A stretch of DNA of 64,000 bases from a virus (taxonomy: Duplodnaviria; Caudoviricetes): IMG/VR virus record IMGVR_UViG_3300028640_000004, positions 1 through 64,000 of that record; one strand, given 5' to 3'. The notes beneath the pieces were generated by a model. It saw only the letters and a list, made by a program, of their open reading frames with translations, made no database searches and was not told the origin of the DNA. Positions 52,289 to 62,489 of the stretch are shown in pieces. The translations under genes and the position numbers were made by a program. Each line of letters begins with the position of its first letter. Position 1 is the first letter of the stretch.

Positions 52289-55200
52289 ATGGCAAATAGA
52301 TATTGGAGAGGTGGATCAGGAAACATAAATGATACAGCACATTGGGCAGAAACAGACGGAGGTGCTGGAGGTTTTTCTGTACCAACTCGTTCTGATAATG
52401 CATTCTTCACAAGCCTTTCTCATACTACAGACTATACAGTTACTATTAATGCGGCATTCGAATGCTTAGATTTTAATATGGACGGGCCAGCTAGTGGAAA
52501 AGTAACTTGGGCTGGTACATCTACAATGGGAGTATATGGAAATCTAAATCTTACAGGTGGATCCTCTAAGATTACACGAACATATTCAGGAACTCTTTCT
52601 ATGAAGGCTACTTCTGGTACTAAGAACATTACTACTAATGGAGCTACCTTAAGAAACTTTACTATGAATGGATCAGGAGGGACTTTTCAATTGCAAGATG
52701 ATCTATGGATAGATGCTAACGCAGCAACCTTTACATTGTCTAGATCAGCTGGAACATTTAATGCAAATGGAAAAGTTGTTTATATAAGGAATTGTTATGC
52801 TGGAACAATCTCAGGATTCACTGGAACATCTACAAATAGATTCTATGATCTAGATATCTTAGGACTTGCTTCTCAACAAACTAGGATATCTATGGGAGAT
52901 AGACAAGGAATGAATATAGCTAATAAGCTTACAGCTAAAGGACAAGCTCCTGGAAGTACTTATGATAATAGCAGGTTACTTATTCATACATCTAAAATCG
53001 GAACAATCTCTGGTCCATATACATTAAATGCTGCAATAGTAGAGGCAGAGTATTTAGATATTGGAGGATTTAAAGTAGGAGGCGGAGCTGATTGGGATCT
53101 ATCTGATATTCCTGGAGGATGTGGAGATGTTGGTGGCAATGTAGGGATTACATTTACAACAGGAGTCACTAGGACATGGACTAATGCCGATGGTGGATCA
53201 TGGAATAAATTATCTAATTGGAATACAGGAGTGCCATTACCTCAAGACAATTGTAATATGGGAATTGCTTATAATGCAGGTGCAGTAATAACTACAGAAA
53301 AAACAGTAATGGGAAAGAATATAGATTTTTCTGGAGCAACTGGTAATCCAACACTTACAATGGGTAATTGTAATTACGGTTCTAACAATATTATATGTGG
53401 GAACCTTACCCTTATAGAGGGAATGACATTTAACCATTCTAAAAGGAGGTTAATATTTCTAGGAACAGATCCTATATATATTACTAGTGCAGGCAAAAGG
53501 TTCTATCATATTGGTGGTAATCAGAATACCATACACCTACAAGACGCTTTATATGCAGAAGGAAGTACATATATGGGGTGTGGATTTGATTCACATGGAT
53601 ATCAGATCAATGCTTTATCATGGAGATCAGATAATGGACAGCTCTCTTCTGCCATGAGTAACAATACATGGAATTTTAGAGATAGTAAGATCTATGTTAT
53701 AGGTGTTAATAATAGTGATGCTTATTATAATCTACATGTAAATACTGTAGCATCTGAAGACGCTTACTTAGAAATATCAGGACCACATGAAGGTGCTTAT
53801 TATAGATGTTTATTTCGTAGTTATGGAACATCATTCAAAGGAAAGATCTTTATAAATACATTGAATCCAACTATATTTTCATGGGCTACAACTAGTGGAT
53901 ATAAATATGATTCATTTATAAATGAGGTTAAGGTGAAGGCAGGAGGTACATTGGGATTATGCGAAGGAAAGACCGCTACTATAAATAACATAATCTCTTT
54001 GGGGACGGCAACTAATCCAGTAAAACTAAGAAGCTCTACAGACGGGACTACAGCCAGTATGACATGTGGTAACCTTATCAATACACAACACTTAGATATA
54101 AAAGACATAACATGCCTTACTCCTAATAAGATGTATGTTGGTAAAGATTCTGTTAATAGTGGTAATATTAGTGGCTTTACTTTTGGAAGCGCTGCTTTTG
54201 TTAAAACAAATAGTTTACAGAAAGGACTTATAAATAATTGGTATTTAGATTCTATCAATGAATCAAAGGATGTGACTCAATCAGGTAATAACGGAATAAA
54301 AACAGATATAACTTATACAACTGATAGATCTGGAAAAATAAATAATGCATACAGCTTCAATGGATCAACAAGCAATATAGAATTAACAAACACTGGCTTA
54401 ATGGCCTCTGTCGCAAAATCGGTATCTTGTTGGATTAAAATAGATAGTGATTGCAGTGCCTTTGGAAGAATATTTAATCACAACATAACTGGAAGTCAAT
54501 GGGTTTTTACACTTGCAGGTCTTAGTGGGGGTTTATATAGAATAGGCGGTACTCCAGATAACAACTCTCATTATGGGGGAACTACTAATTACATTTTAGA
54601 TATTGACATTTGGTATCATGTTGTTATGACTTTCGATGAATCTACATATAAATTATATGTAGATGGGGTGGAATATACTCCATCTACAGTAACTGGTTCT
54701 TTTGGTTTTTCAGATACAGGAAAAGTATATATTGGAAGAGGAAGTATTTATCCATTTAAAGGGTCAATAAGTGATGTAAAAATTTACAACAGAGCTTTAA
54801 GTCTTAATGAGATATTATTCTTATATCAATCAAATAAACCTAATATATGTCTAAACTCTCTCAATAAAGGATTAGAAACATTTTTAAAATTAGATAAGAA
54901 TTTAAAAGATTCTAGTGCATATGAAAATGATGCGACTCAATATCTTACAAGTAATTTCCTTCCAAATGGAAAAGGTTTATTATTTAATGATTCGTATATT
55001 ACTACAAGTAAATTCTTTATAGGTTCTAAAAAGAAATTTAGTTTATCTTTCTGGGCGAAACCTTTTATAAAAAGAGCATTATTCTCATGTGAAGCAAGTA
55101 ATTCTTTTAGGATAGATATTTGGGGAGATGCTTTTAACAGCAATATAGTTTCTCAGAATGGTACAGTTTATTATTATTATGGCATGCCAATACCACTAAA

Positions 55201-56086
55201 TGTAATGTCTTTAATAACTATTACTGTAGATAATGAGGTTGTTAAGTATTACATAGATAATGTTCTTAAAAGAACAACAACTATGGATAGTGTTATAGCT
55301 GATTCAATCAGTTCATATAAGATAGCCTTAGGTAGAAGCGTAGCAGGAACAGGACATTTTAACGGAGTAATGAAGAATGCGAGATTATTTAATAGAGCAA
55401 TAACACAAGAAGAAGTCAATTTAATATATAACACCGAGAAGAATTCTTATGAAAACGGTTTAATGGGTTTATATAAATTAGATAACATTACTGGTGCAAA
55501 TGATTTAAGTGAGTTTGGCTTAAATGGAGAAACAGTTGGAACCACATTAACAACAGATAAAGATGGCAACGCAGATAAGGCTTACGCCTTTAATGGTACA
55601 AGTGATTATATAAGAGTTCTTTATAATGCAGCTCAAGCCCCTAGAGAAGGACTTACGGTAGGCGCTTGGATGTATAGACCAGTTTGGACAGAGTCTACAA
55701 CAAGATCAATCATATCTAAAACAGAAGGAGGAGGTTATTTAATACAGTGTGTAAGTGGATATTTAAGAGGGTTTATTTACGCAAATGGAGGATATAGAAA
55801 CCCCCAAGTAGCATTAAGTACATTATCAGCAGGATGGCATTCTATATACTTAACATACGACAAAAGATATGCAAGACTGTGGGTTGATGGAGTTAATGTA
55901 AATACAGTTGATTTAGGAGCAACTTATCCTATTGCATATTCATCAGCAAATGCTTTAGCTATAGGATGTGAAGCAACTGGAGGAGCGACTCCAAGTGGAC
56001 AATACTTTGACGGTTCTATATATGATGTTAGAATATATAATAGAGCCCTAACGGAAACAGAATTATTAGCAATATATAATCAATAA
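52289..56086 (+). CDS. Large adhesin/receptor-binding protein: beta-solenoid + three LamG/ConA-like domains
   Basis: ANRYWRGGSGN...; three WYHV..T....KLYVDG...F.G.I.DVKIYNRALS-type domains. Confidence 0.85.
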   Translation: MANRYWRGGSGNINDTAHWAETDGGAGGFSVPTRSDNAFFTSLSHTTDYTVTINAAFECLDFNMDGPASGKVTWAGTSTMGVYGNLNLTGGSSKITRTYSGTLSMKATSGTKNITTNGATLRNFTMNGSGGTFQLQDDLWIDANAATFTLSRSAGTFNANGKVVYIRNCYAGTISGFTGTSTNRFYDLDILGLASQQTRISMGDRQGMNIANKLTAKGQAPGSTYDNSRLLIHTSKIGTISGPYTLNAAIVEAEYLDIGGFKVGGGADWDLSDIPGGCGDVGGNVGITFTTGVTRTWTNADGGSWNKLSNWNTGVPLPQDNCNMGIAYNAGAVITTEKTVMGKNIDFSGATGNPTLTMGNCNYGSNNIICGNLTLIEGMTFNHSKRRLIFLGTDPIYITSAGKRFYHIGGNQNTIHLQDALYAEGSTYMGCGFDSHGYQINALSWRSDNGQLSSAMSNNTWNFRDSKIYVIGVNNSDAYYNLHVNTVASEDAYLEISGPHEGAYYRCLFRSYGTSFKGKIFINTLNPTIFSWATTSGYKYDSFINEVKVKAGGTLGLCEGKTATINNIISLGTATNPVKLRSSTDGTTASMTCGNLINTQHLDIKDITCLTPNKMYVGKDSVNSGNISGFTFGSAAFVKTNSLQKGLINNWYLDSINESKDVTQSGNNGIKTDITYTTDRSGKINNAYSFNGSTSNIELTNTGLMASVAKSVSCWIKIDSDCSAFGRIFNHNITGSQWVFTLAGLSGGLYRIGGTPDNNSHYGGTTNYILDIDIWYHVVMTFDESTYKLYVDGVEYTPSTVTGSFGFSDTGKVYIGRGSIYPFKGSISDVKIYNRALSLNEILFLYQSNKPNICLNSLNKGLETFLKLDKNLKDSSAYENDATQYLTSNFLPNGKGLLFNDSYITTSKFFIGSKKKFSLSFWAKPFIKRALFSCEASNSFRIDIWGDAFNSNIVSQNGTVYYYYGMPIPLNVMSLITITVDNEVVKYYIDNVLKRTTTMDSVIADSISSYKIALGRSVAGTGHFNGVMKNARLFNRAITQEEVNLIYNTEKNSYENGLMGLYKLDNITGANDLSEFGLNGETVGTTLTTDKDGNADKAYAFNGTSDYIRVLYNAAQAPREGLTVGAWMYRPVWTESTTRSIISKTEGGGYLIQCVSGYLRGFIYANGGYRNPQVALSTLSAGWHSIYLTYDKRYARLWVDGVNVNTVDLGATYPIAYSSANALAIGCEATGGATPSGQYFDGSIYDVRIYNRALTETELLAIYNQ

Positions 56087-56087
56087 T

Positions 56088-57176
56088 ATGAGTGATAAAC
56101 TAAGAGTATCAAAGTCAGGAACAGGTGCACCTACATCTGTTACTCCTAATTTCATTGGACAGTTCTATCTCAATGAAACTAATGGAGATGTATACAAAGC
56201 ATTCGGAACTAGTTCCGGTAATTGGTATAAGATACCGGTACTAGATGCTTCTGGAAATATATCAGCTACTAATCTATCTGGTACAAATACAGGAGATCAA
56301 ACAAATGTAAGTGGATCCTCTGGATCCTGTACTGGTAATGCAGCTACTGCTACTAAGTTAGCAGCCACAAAGAATATTAACGGAGTGGCATTTGATGGAA
56401 GTGCTGATATAACAATACCTACCGGAACACTACCAGTTACATCCATTAATACTAGTACATCGGCTGCGGTTAATAATGCTTATGTAATCACAGGTGGTAC
56501 AACAGTTGTTACATTACCAGCAGTATGTGCAGTAGGAGACAAGGTTATTGTGATCAATCAAGCTAATGCAAATCCAACAGCAGCTAAAGTAGTTCCAGCT
56601 TCAGGAGATACAATAGCAAGAGTAACTTATGGGTTTGCTAACGTTGACTCAACTGGATATATTGGACTAATGAGATATGCATCTATAGAGCTAACATGTA
56701 TAGTTGCTAATAGCGAATGGACAATAACAGGAGGTGGAAGTTCTTACAGCGTAAAACCAACTAGTACCTCTTCGATAGAGACTAGTGATATAACTAGAGG
56801 AATTGGATACAACGCAGTTAAACCTTTAATATTAGCAGTAGATACAACACTAGACAGTAGCAATACTTCTAGTAGCGGTATTACAGTTATTAAAGCAAAT
56901 AAAGAAACGTTATTGGTCTTAACATTATCAGAATCAGGATCTGAAGCAGGACAGATAATTAAAGTAGTTGGAGTTGGAGCAGGTGGTTGGAAGATCGCGC
57001 AACCTGCTGCTGATTGTCAGATCTTCTTTGGAAGTAAAGCAACTACACCAGGTACTGGAGGATATCTTCAAAGTACAGAAGCTCATAATTGCATAGAACT
57101 ATATTGCAATGCATGCAATGGGATATCGTCCCAGTGGACAGTTATTAGTTCAGTTGGTAATATAACTATAGTATAA
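56088..57176 (+). CDS. Tail fibre protein with two GGWK/TLP-type domains
   Basis: GNAATATKLA...INGVAFDGSADITI; C-terminal SSVGNIT. Confidence 0.75.
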   Translation: MSDKLRVSKSGTGAPTSVTPNFIGQFYLNETNGDVYKAFGTSSGNWYKIPVLDASGNISATNLSGTNTGDQTNVSGSSGSCTGNAATATKLAATKNINGVAFDGSADITIPTGTLPVTSINTSTSAAVNNAYVITGGTTVVTLPAVCAVGDKVIVINQANANPTAAKVVPASGDTIARVTYGFANVDSTGYIGLMRYASIELTCIVANSEWTITGGGSSYSVKPTSTSSIETSDITRGIGYNAVKPLILAVDTTLDSSNTSSSGITVIKANKETLLVLTLSESGSEAGQIIKVVGVGAGGWKIAQPAADCQIFFGSKATTPGTGGYLQSTEAHNCIELYCNACNGISSQWTVISSVGNITIV

Positions 57177-57180
57177 ACAT

Positions 57181-57546
57181 ATGGCAAAACAAAATTCCGT
57201 AGACACAGACATAGATGTTATTGTTACCAAGAGTACTACTACAACTACTAGTGCGGCAGCTCCTGCACCAGTAGGAAGTAGTATGAGTAACGATTACTTC
57301 CTTACAGCATTAGCAGAGGGCGCTACGTTCGCTGCTCCTTCTGGTACATTAGTTAATGGGAACAAGCTTTTAATAAGAATAAAAGATAACGGAACAGCCA
57401 GAGCGTTAGCCTGGAATGCTGTCTACAGGTCGGTAGGCGCAGTTCTACCAACTACAACCGTCATTAATAAGACACTATATGTAGGCTTTGTTTACAATAG
57501 TGCCGCATCTAAATGGGATTGTATTGGAGTAAATCAAGAAGTATAA
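57181..57546 (+). CDS. Fibre tip/adaptor protein (N-terminus MAKQNSVD)
   Basis: LLIRIKDNGTARALAWN...LPTTTV..KTLYVGFVYN....KWD. Confidence 0.7.
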   Translation: MAKQNSVDTDIDVIVTKSTTTTTSAAAPAPVGSSMSNDYFLTALAEGATFAAPSGTLVNGNKLLIRIKDNGTARALAWNAVYRSVGAVLPTTTVINKTLYVGFVYNSAASKWDCIGVNQEV

Positions 57547-57550
57547 ATAT

Positions 57551-58768
57551 ATGGCAATAGATTGGAAACAAAAAGCGTCTAATATTAGATGGACCAGTGT
57601 ATGTAGTTCTTCAACTGGACAAATAATATACGCATCATCAGCATTAGATAATTTATATAAATCAACTGATTATGGAGAAAGTTTTTCTAAATTAACAAAC
57701 TCACCACAATACGGAAGTGCATGTACCTGTAGTAGTGATGGTTCTAAAGTTATAGCTTATGATAATTCTGGAGGATATTATTTATATATATCAACAGATG
57801 GTGGAAGTTCTTGGACAAGTAAAGGTAGTTTAAATCAGTTCGCTAATACTTGTGCTATAAAAACTAGTAACAATTTTCAATATATAGTATTAGTTGTTAA
57901 TAATGGATATATATGGATATCTACTGATTATGGAGACACCTGGACACAAAAAGGAGAATCAAGAGGTTGGAGAGGTTGCACAGTATCTGATGATGGTAGC
58001 AAGATGATAGCAGTAGAAGCGGGAGGGAGGATATGGGCATCTACAGACTATGGCTCAACATGGTCACAAAAAAGTTCTGGAAATGGTCCACTAACTGCTA
58101 TTTGCGGGAATAGTGATTTGTCTAAATGTTACATTTGTAAGTATGGAGGAAAGATTTTTACAACAACAGACCTAGGAGTTAACCTTTCTGAAATATCTTC
58201 ATCTTCAACAGCTAATTATCTTACAATTAGCTGTGATTCTGATAGCAGAAAAATACTAGCAGGATTAGGGGATAATGGTGTTATTGTATCAGAGGATGAA
58301 GGATCCTCATGGACAGCTTATAATACCTACGGAAAATGTTATGTAAGTGTTTCTAATAATGAAGAAGTTTTAATACTAGCACAAGACAGTAGTAATGGAT
58401 ATGTTTACATATCAAGAGAATCCACTCCAGTAGCACCAACAGTAACTACTCAAGACTGTACTAGTATAGGATCTACAGGAGCTACAGGTAACGGAAACAT
58501 TACAGCAACAGGAGGAGCGGATTGTACTAGAAGAGGATTCTGTTATATGACAGGAACATCAGGTGATCCTACCACTGCTAATAGCGTGGCTTATGATGAT
58601 GGTACATTTGGTACAGGCGCATATACTAAGGCTATTACTGGATTATCAGCCAGTACCGGATATAGAGTTAGGGCTTATGCTGTTAATACTGAAGGAACTT
58701 CTTATGGAACAACAGTACAACTAACGACAGCAGCACCAGCAGCAGGATTAATAATGATGTTCGAATAA
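57551..58768 (+). CDS. Asp-box (BNR) beta-propeller + FN3-like domain protein
   Basis: Repeated S-T-D-x-G-x-T/S-W; YRVRAYAVN..GTSYG. Confidence 0.8.
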   Translation: MAIDWKQKASNIRWTSVCSSSTGQIIYASSALDNLYKSTDYGESFSKLTNSPQYGSACTCSSDGSKVIAYDNSGGYYLYISTDGGSSWTSKGSLNQFANTCAIKTSNNFQYIVLVVNNGYIWISTDYGDTWTQKGESRGWRGCTVSDDGSKMIAVEAGGRIWASTDYGSTWSQKSSGNGPLTAICGNSDLSKCYICKYGGKIFTTTDLGVNLSEISSSSTANYLTISCDSDSRKILAGLGDNGVIVSEDEGSSWTAYNTYGKCYVSVSNNEEVLILAQDSSNGYVYISRESTPVAPTVTTQDCTSIGSTGATGNGNITATGGADCTRRGFCYMTGTSGDPTTANSVAYDDGTFGTGAYTKAITGLSASTGYRVRAYAVNTEGTSYGTTVQLTTAAPAAGLIMMFE

Positions 58769-58775
58769 TATAACA

Positions 58776-58796
58776 GAGGGGCTTTATAGCCCCTTT
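58776..58796 (+). terminator. Hairpin, possible weak terminator or stabiliser
   Basis: GAGGGGCT-TTAT-AGCCCCTT with short T-tract. Confidence 0.45.
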
Positions 58797-58802
58797 ATAT
58801 CT

Positions 58803-60242
58803 ATGGCAAATAACATACTTATTAAAGATACAATTTATATAGCCGGTGATATAGTTAGAAGTTCTACCGGCAAGATGTATGCCGTTTATGCTAGAGACTT
58901 AAATGGTTTTTCTCAGATATATTATGCAACATCTTTAGATGATGGACTTACTTGGACAGAGACCGGGCGTCTTAGTAATGTTAATAACTACAACCACCAT
59001 GATCCTAGAATGACTATAGACCCTAGTGATAATTGGCATGTTACTTGGGCTGGTCAATATTCAACAAATTACACTACAGATCAAATAATATACACAAGAT
59101 CTGATGGTATCGTTAATGTAACATATGAATCAACAGCTCAAGCTAATCCAAGAATAGTATCAGACTCTCAAGGGAACCTAAGCTTCTTGTGGGAGGGGCC
59201 ATCTGGTGGGAGTCAGACCATATGGTTTAGACAACTTTTAGTGTCCGGAGGATGGCAAACAGCACAGAACATAGCATCAGTCTATGGTTATAATGATCAT
59301 GTTGGAGATCTTTGTGTGGGGCCCGATGACAGTATTCATGCTGTGTGGTCTGGAGTAATGTATGGTTATGCCCCATATCATGCTATTCATTATAGAAAGT
59401 ATAGTAATTCAACCTGGGGACAAACTCAATATTGTAAAGTTGATTATACAGATTGCATCTCTCCTTCTATTGTAGTAGATTTTAATTCAATTGCTCATAT
59501 AGTTTTTGCAGCATCTAATGAATTAAAGTACTTCTATTATCCAGGCCCTCCAAACATAACAGCATTAGGTAGTGTTGGAACACTTGATCCCACTACCATT
59601 ACTCCAGACATTTCTTTATATAGGAACGGAGATCTTATAGTTTCATGGTCAGATGATGCTAGTCAGAATATCTGTTATAGGAAATATACAGGATCTTGGG
59701 AAAGCAAACAAACTATAGATGTTTCTAGTTTATCTACTGGAGCGCAAAAAGGTCCTGTGTTCTTATGTGGTAGTATCGTTCCATATATCAATGGTCATTA
59801 TACAAATCTTGTAACAGGCGGGGTTGGATTAGCTATTAGTCTATGGAAAACAACTAGTGGTAAGTCAGCTGTATTTCATGAGAATGCTTTGACTTGGGAC
59901 TCTATTCCAGTTATCCCAACAGTAACAACTGGAAGCCTAGGAACTAAGACGTCTTATTCCTTTAATATCACAGGAGAAGTAACTAAGGATGGTAACTCTA
60001 CAATTATAAGTAGAGGATTTTGCATGATAGAAGGTGACATTGAAACCCCTACAATATATGATAAAATAGATCTTAATAGTGGTGTACCTGGTGTTGGAGC
60101 TTTCTCAAACAATGTTAGTGGAGTTAAAGCTAATACTAGTTACCGAGTTAGGGCGTTTGCTATCAATGACATTGGAGTTGGCTATGGAGAAACCATAACA
60201 ATTACAACTAATAATATAAAAGGATTACTAATAAAATTCTAA
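58803..60242 (+). CDS. Beta-propeller + FN3-like domain protein
   Basis: SLDDGLTW, repeated P.I..D....H..W blades; YRVRAFAIN..GVGYG. Confidence 0.75.
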   Translation: MANNILIKDTIYIAGDIVRSSTGKMYAVYARDLNGFSQIYYATSLDDGLTWTETGRLSNVNNYNHHDPRMTIDPSDNWHVTWAGQYSTNYTTDQIIYTRSDGIVNVTYESTAQANPRIVSDSQGNLSFLWEGPSGGSQTIWFRQLLVSGGWQTAQNIASVYGYNDHVGDLCVGPDDSIHAVWSGVMYGYAPYHAIHYRKYSNSTWGQTQYCKVDYTDCISPSIVVDFNSIAHIVFAASNELKYFYYPGPPNITALGSVGTLDPTTITPDISLYRNGDLIVSWSDDASQNICYRKYTGSWESKQTIDVSSLSTGAQKGPVFLCGSIVPYINGHYTNLVTGGVGLAISLWKTTSGKSAVFHENALTWDSIPVIPTVTTGSLGTKTSYSFNITGEVTKDGNSTIISRGFCMIEGDIETPTIYDKIDLNSGVPGVGAFSNNVSGVKANTSYRVRAFAINDIGVGYGETITITTNNIKGLLIKF

Positions 60243-60246
60243 ATAA

Positions 60247-60507
60247 ATGGAACAACTAGATGTCATAGTAAACATCATCTCCAATTTTGGGTTCCCTATC
60301 TTTTTGTCTTGTTGGTTGCTTATCAAAACCGAAAGCTCTCTTGTTAGGATAGCAAGTAATGTAAAGGAAATGCAGGATATATTAGCTTCATGTAAAGATA
60401 GCTCAACAAGAGTTGAATCTAAAATAGAGAATATGGAGAACATGTTAAGTAGATTAGAAACCAAAATAGAAATATCAAATGCAAGATCTAATAATAGAAA
60501 TAATTAA
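60247..60507 (+). CDS. YvrJ/holin-like membrane protein
   Basis: IISNFGFPIFLSCWLL + coiled coil. Confidence 0.6.
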   Translation: MEQLDVIVNIISNFGFPIFLSCWLLIKTESSLVRIASNVKEMQDILASCKDSSTRVESKIENMENMLSRLETKIEISNARSNNRNN

Positions 60508-60808
60508 AAGCGAGCAGTCCATAAGAGTATTGGGCTTAATAACTACGTCAGGTATATTTATTAGTCCATTCTTTTATAATGGAGACTATAGCAAGCCAAT
60601 AAGAGCGGTTGTTATTTCGTTAACTGCATTTATATGCGCCGCATTATTGTTTAATGATAACACAATAGCAGGACTATACCCTACTATTAAACTAGCACTA
60701 GTGCTAATATTCCTCATAGTGGGATTATATATGGGGGTGTTTATATATAACGTGACACATGGTTATTGTAAGTGTCACTGGTTAAAAACTTTATTTAGTA
60801 AACTATGA
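60479..60808 (+). CDS. Three-TM membrane protein
   Basis: Hydrophobic segments. Confidence 0.6.
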   Translation: MQDLIIEIIKSEQSIRVLGLITTSGIFISPFFYNGDYSKPIRAVVISLTAFICAALLFNDNTIAGLYPTIKLALVLIFLIVGLYMGVFIYNVTHGYCKCHWLKTLFSKL

Positions 60809-61740
60809 TAGGAAATAGCCTCATAGGATCAATGATAATAGGTAGCTCTTATGCTAATACTTTAAAGTATTATGAAGCAATAGCTACCACACACTTATTG
60901 GAAGCTGTGAGGAACAGAGGCCTGTCTTTGAGTTCGTTCTTAGAAGGAACATTAAAAGAAGTATTAGCTACTAACACCATCCTAGAGGCCACAGACATGG
61001 GGGTCTTTGCTACTTATACAGGCCTAGAAGGAGTCGACATGGAAGTAATTGGAGTAACAACAGAGTTAGATTATGAAAAGATAGCAGGACAAATAGCAGC
61101 ATTAACAGATGCTTATAGGGATTATGATATTGATATACTAGGACTTAAGAGTTCTTTGGAAAAAGATATAGCACATAGACTAGCTTTCTTATCTACACTA
61201 GAAACTGCTGATCTAGTTAATATAGCAGCAGACACTTTAATAGAAGCAGTTAAGACTAAGGGATTTGTTACATGCGCGCGATTAGAGAAGACTAATGCAG
61301 TAAGAAGATTCTCTATACAGACACTATTAGAAACAAAAGACGAAAGACTATTAGGACTATCTACCGAATTAGATTACTTAGTAATAGAAACATTAGCTGC
61401 TAATGTAATACTAGAAGCAGATAGGAGAAGACTTATCGGATTAATAACTGCCTTGGAAAAGATAGATGGCCAAGTATTAGGACTGAACATCTTAACAGAA
61501 GCTACAGGAAAGGTTACATTAGCTATAGAAAGCATATTAGAGGGAACAAGCACAAAGACATTTGGGTTATATACTAAGATAACTGGAGATGAGATATTCC
61601 CATTCGGTATGACCATAGAACTTAATAGGGGAATATTTGGATACTTCGATATACAACCTATGGATATAGAACACCTTGATCATCCGTTTGATTCTGACAC
61701 GTTATCATCACCAATGTCTTTAGATGCTGATTCGTTTTAA
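60805..61740 (+). CDS. Structural protein with ~14-aa repeats (hydrophobic-x-x-T-x-L-E)
   Basis: GLSLSSFLEGTLKE / VLATNTILEATDMG / VFATYTGLEGVDME. Confidence 0.65.
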   Translation: MIGNSLIGSMIIGSSYANTLKYYEAIATTHLLEAVRNRGLSLSSFLEGTLKEVLATNTILEATDMGVFATYTGLEGVDMEVIGVTTELDYEKIAGQIAALTDAYRDYDIDILGLKSSLEKDIAHRLAFLSTLETADLVNIAADTLIEAVKTKGFVTCARLEKTNAVRRFSIQTLLETKDERLLGLSTELDYLVIETLAANVILEADRRRLIGLITALEKIDGQVLGLNILTEATGKVTLAIESILEGTSTKTFGLYTKITGDEIFPFGMTIELNRGIFGYFDIQPMDIEHLDHPFDSDTLSSPMSLDADSF

Positions 61741-61767
61741 TTTTAAAAAATAAATAAAAATAAAGAT

Positions 61768-62070
61768 ATGTTACATACAACGAAATCAATGCAACTTGGT
61801 AATACTACATACTTAGAATGTACATTCTATAGTATGAATGGACTACCAACTGATCCGAGCGGGACACCTACTTATACGATATATAAAGAATCTGGAGTAG
61901 TAGCTACTTCTGGTAACCTAGTAAAAAGAAGAGATGGGCAATGGGGAACGTATTATACCCCTTCCGAGATAGGAGAATATAGTATAGAATATAGAGGAGA
62001 AGTAGAATCAAAGGTCGCAATAATTAAGAGTAATTTCAAAGTGGTCTCAGACATGAGAGCACGATCATAA
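61768..62070 (+). CDS. Ig-like small structural protein
   Basis: LECTFY..NG.PTDP...GQWGTYYTP...GEYSIEY. Confidence 0.6.
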   Translation: MLHTTKSMQLGNTTYLECTFYSMNGLPTDPSGTPTYTIYKESGVVATSGNLVKRRDGQWGTYYTPSEIGEYSIEYRGEVESKVAIIKSNFKVVSDMRARS

Positions 62071-62072
62071 AC

Positions 62073-62336
62073 ATGATTGAATTAATAGATATACTTAATA
62101 TAGCTGTCGTTGGAAGTGCAGTCTCTCTCTTTATAGAATACATAAAGAATAAGACTGGCAACAATCCTTTCTACATAAAGCTATTCACAATAATCTTATC
62201 TATTATATTAGGAGCAGTATATTACTTTTACTCTGGTACTGAACTCTTTATAAGTATCATAGGAGTATTAAGCGCAGCTTCTACTATATGGGCATTGATT
62301 ATTAAAGGATCCGGCTTGTTTGAAGGTGCTGAATAA
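62073..62336 (+). CDS. Holin-like membrane protein
   Basis: Three TM segments; VSLFIEYIK motif. Confidence 0.65.
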   Translation: MIELIDILNIAVVGSAVSLFIEYIKNKTGNNPFYIKLFTIILSIILGAVYYFYSGTELFISIIGVLSAASTIWALIIKGSGLFEGAE

Positions 62337-62337
62337 A

Positions 62338-62351
62338 CGAAGATATCTTCG
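62338..62351. repeat. Dispersed palindrome copy 7: CGAAGATATCTTCG
   Basis: 1 nt after TAA; context GAATAAACGAAG identical to copy 2. Confidence 0.9.
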
Positions 62352-62451
62352 CTTTTGTGCATAACTCTATTTACAAATACAAGTAAATATATTATACATA
62401 CTACTAAGGTTCGATACTGATCTCATTGAATCAAGGTATAAAGAAGCGCTC

Positions 62452-62489
62452 ACCTCCCTGTATCCAATTTGGTAGGGAGGTTTTTGTTT
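62452..62489 (+). terminator. Intrinsic terminator ending the virion block
   Basis: ACCTCCCT...AGGGAGGT followed by TTTTGTTT. Confidence 0.75.

Noticed and set aside
49232-60242. Diversity-generating retroelement acting on fibre genes
   Set aside because: No reverse transcriptase and no adenine-specific TR/VR pair seen; the repeats are diverged protein-level paralogy
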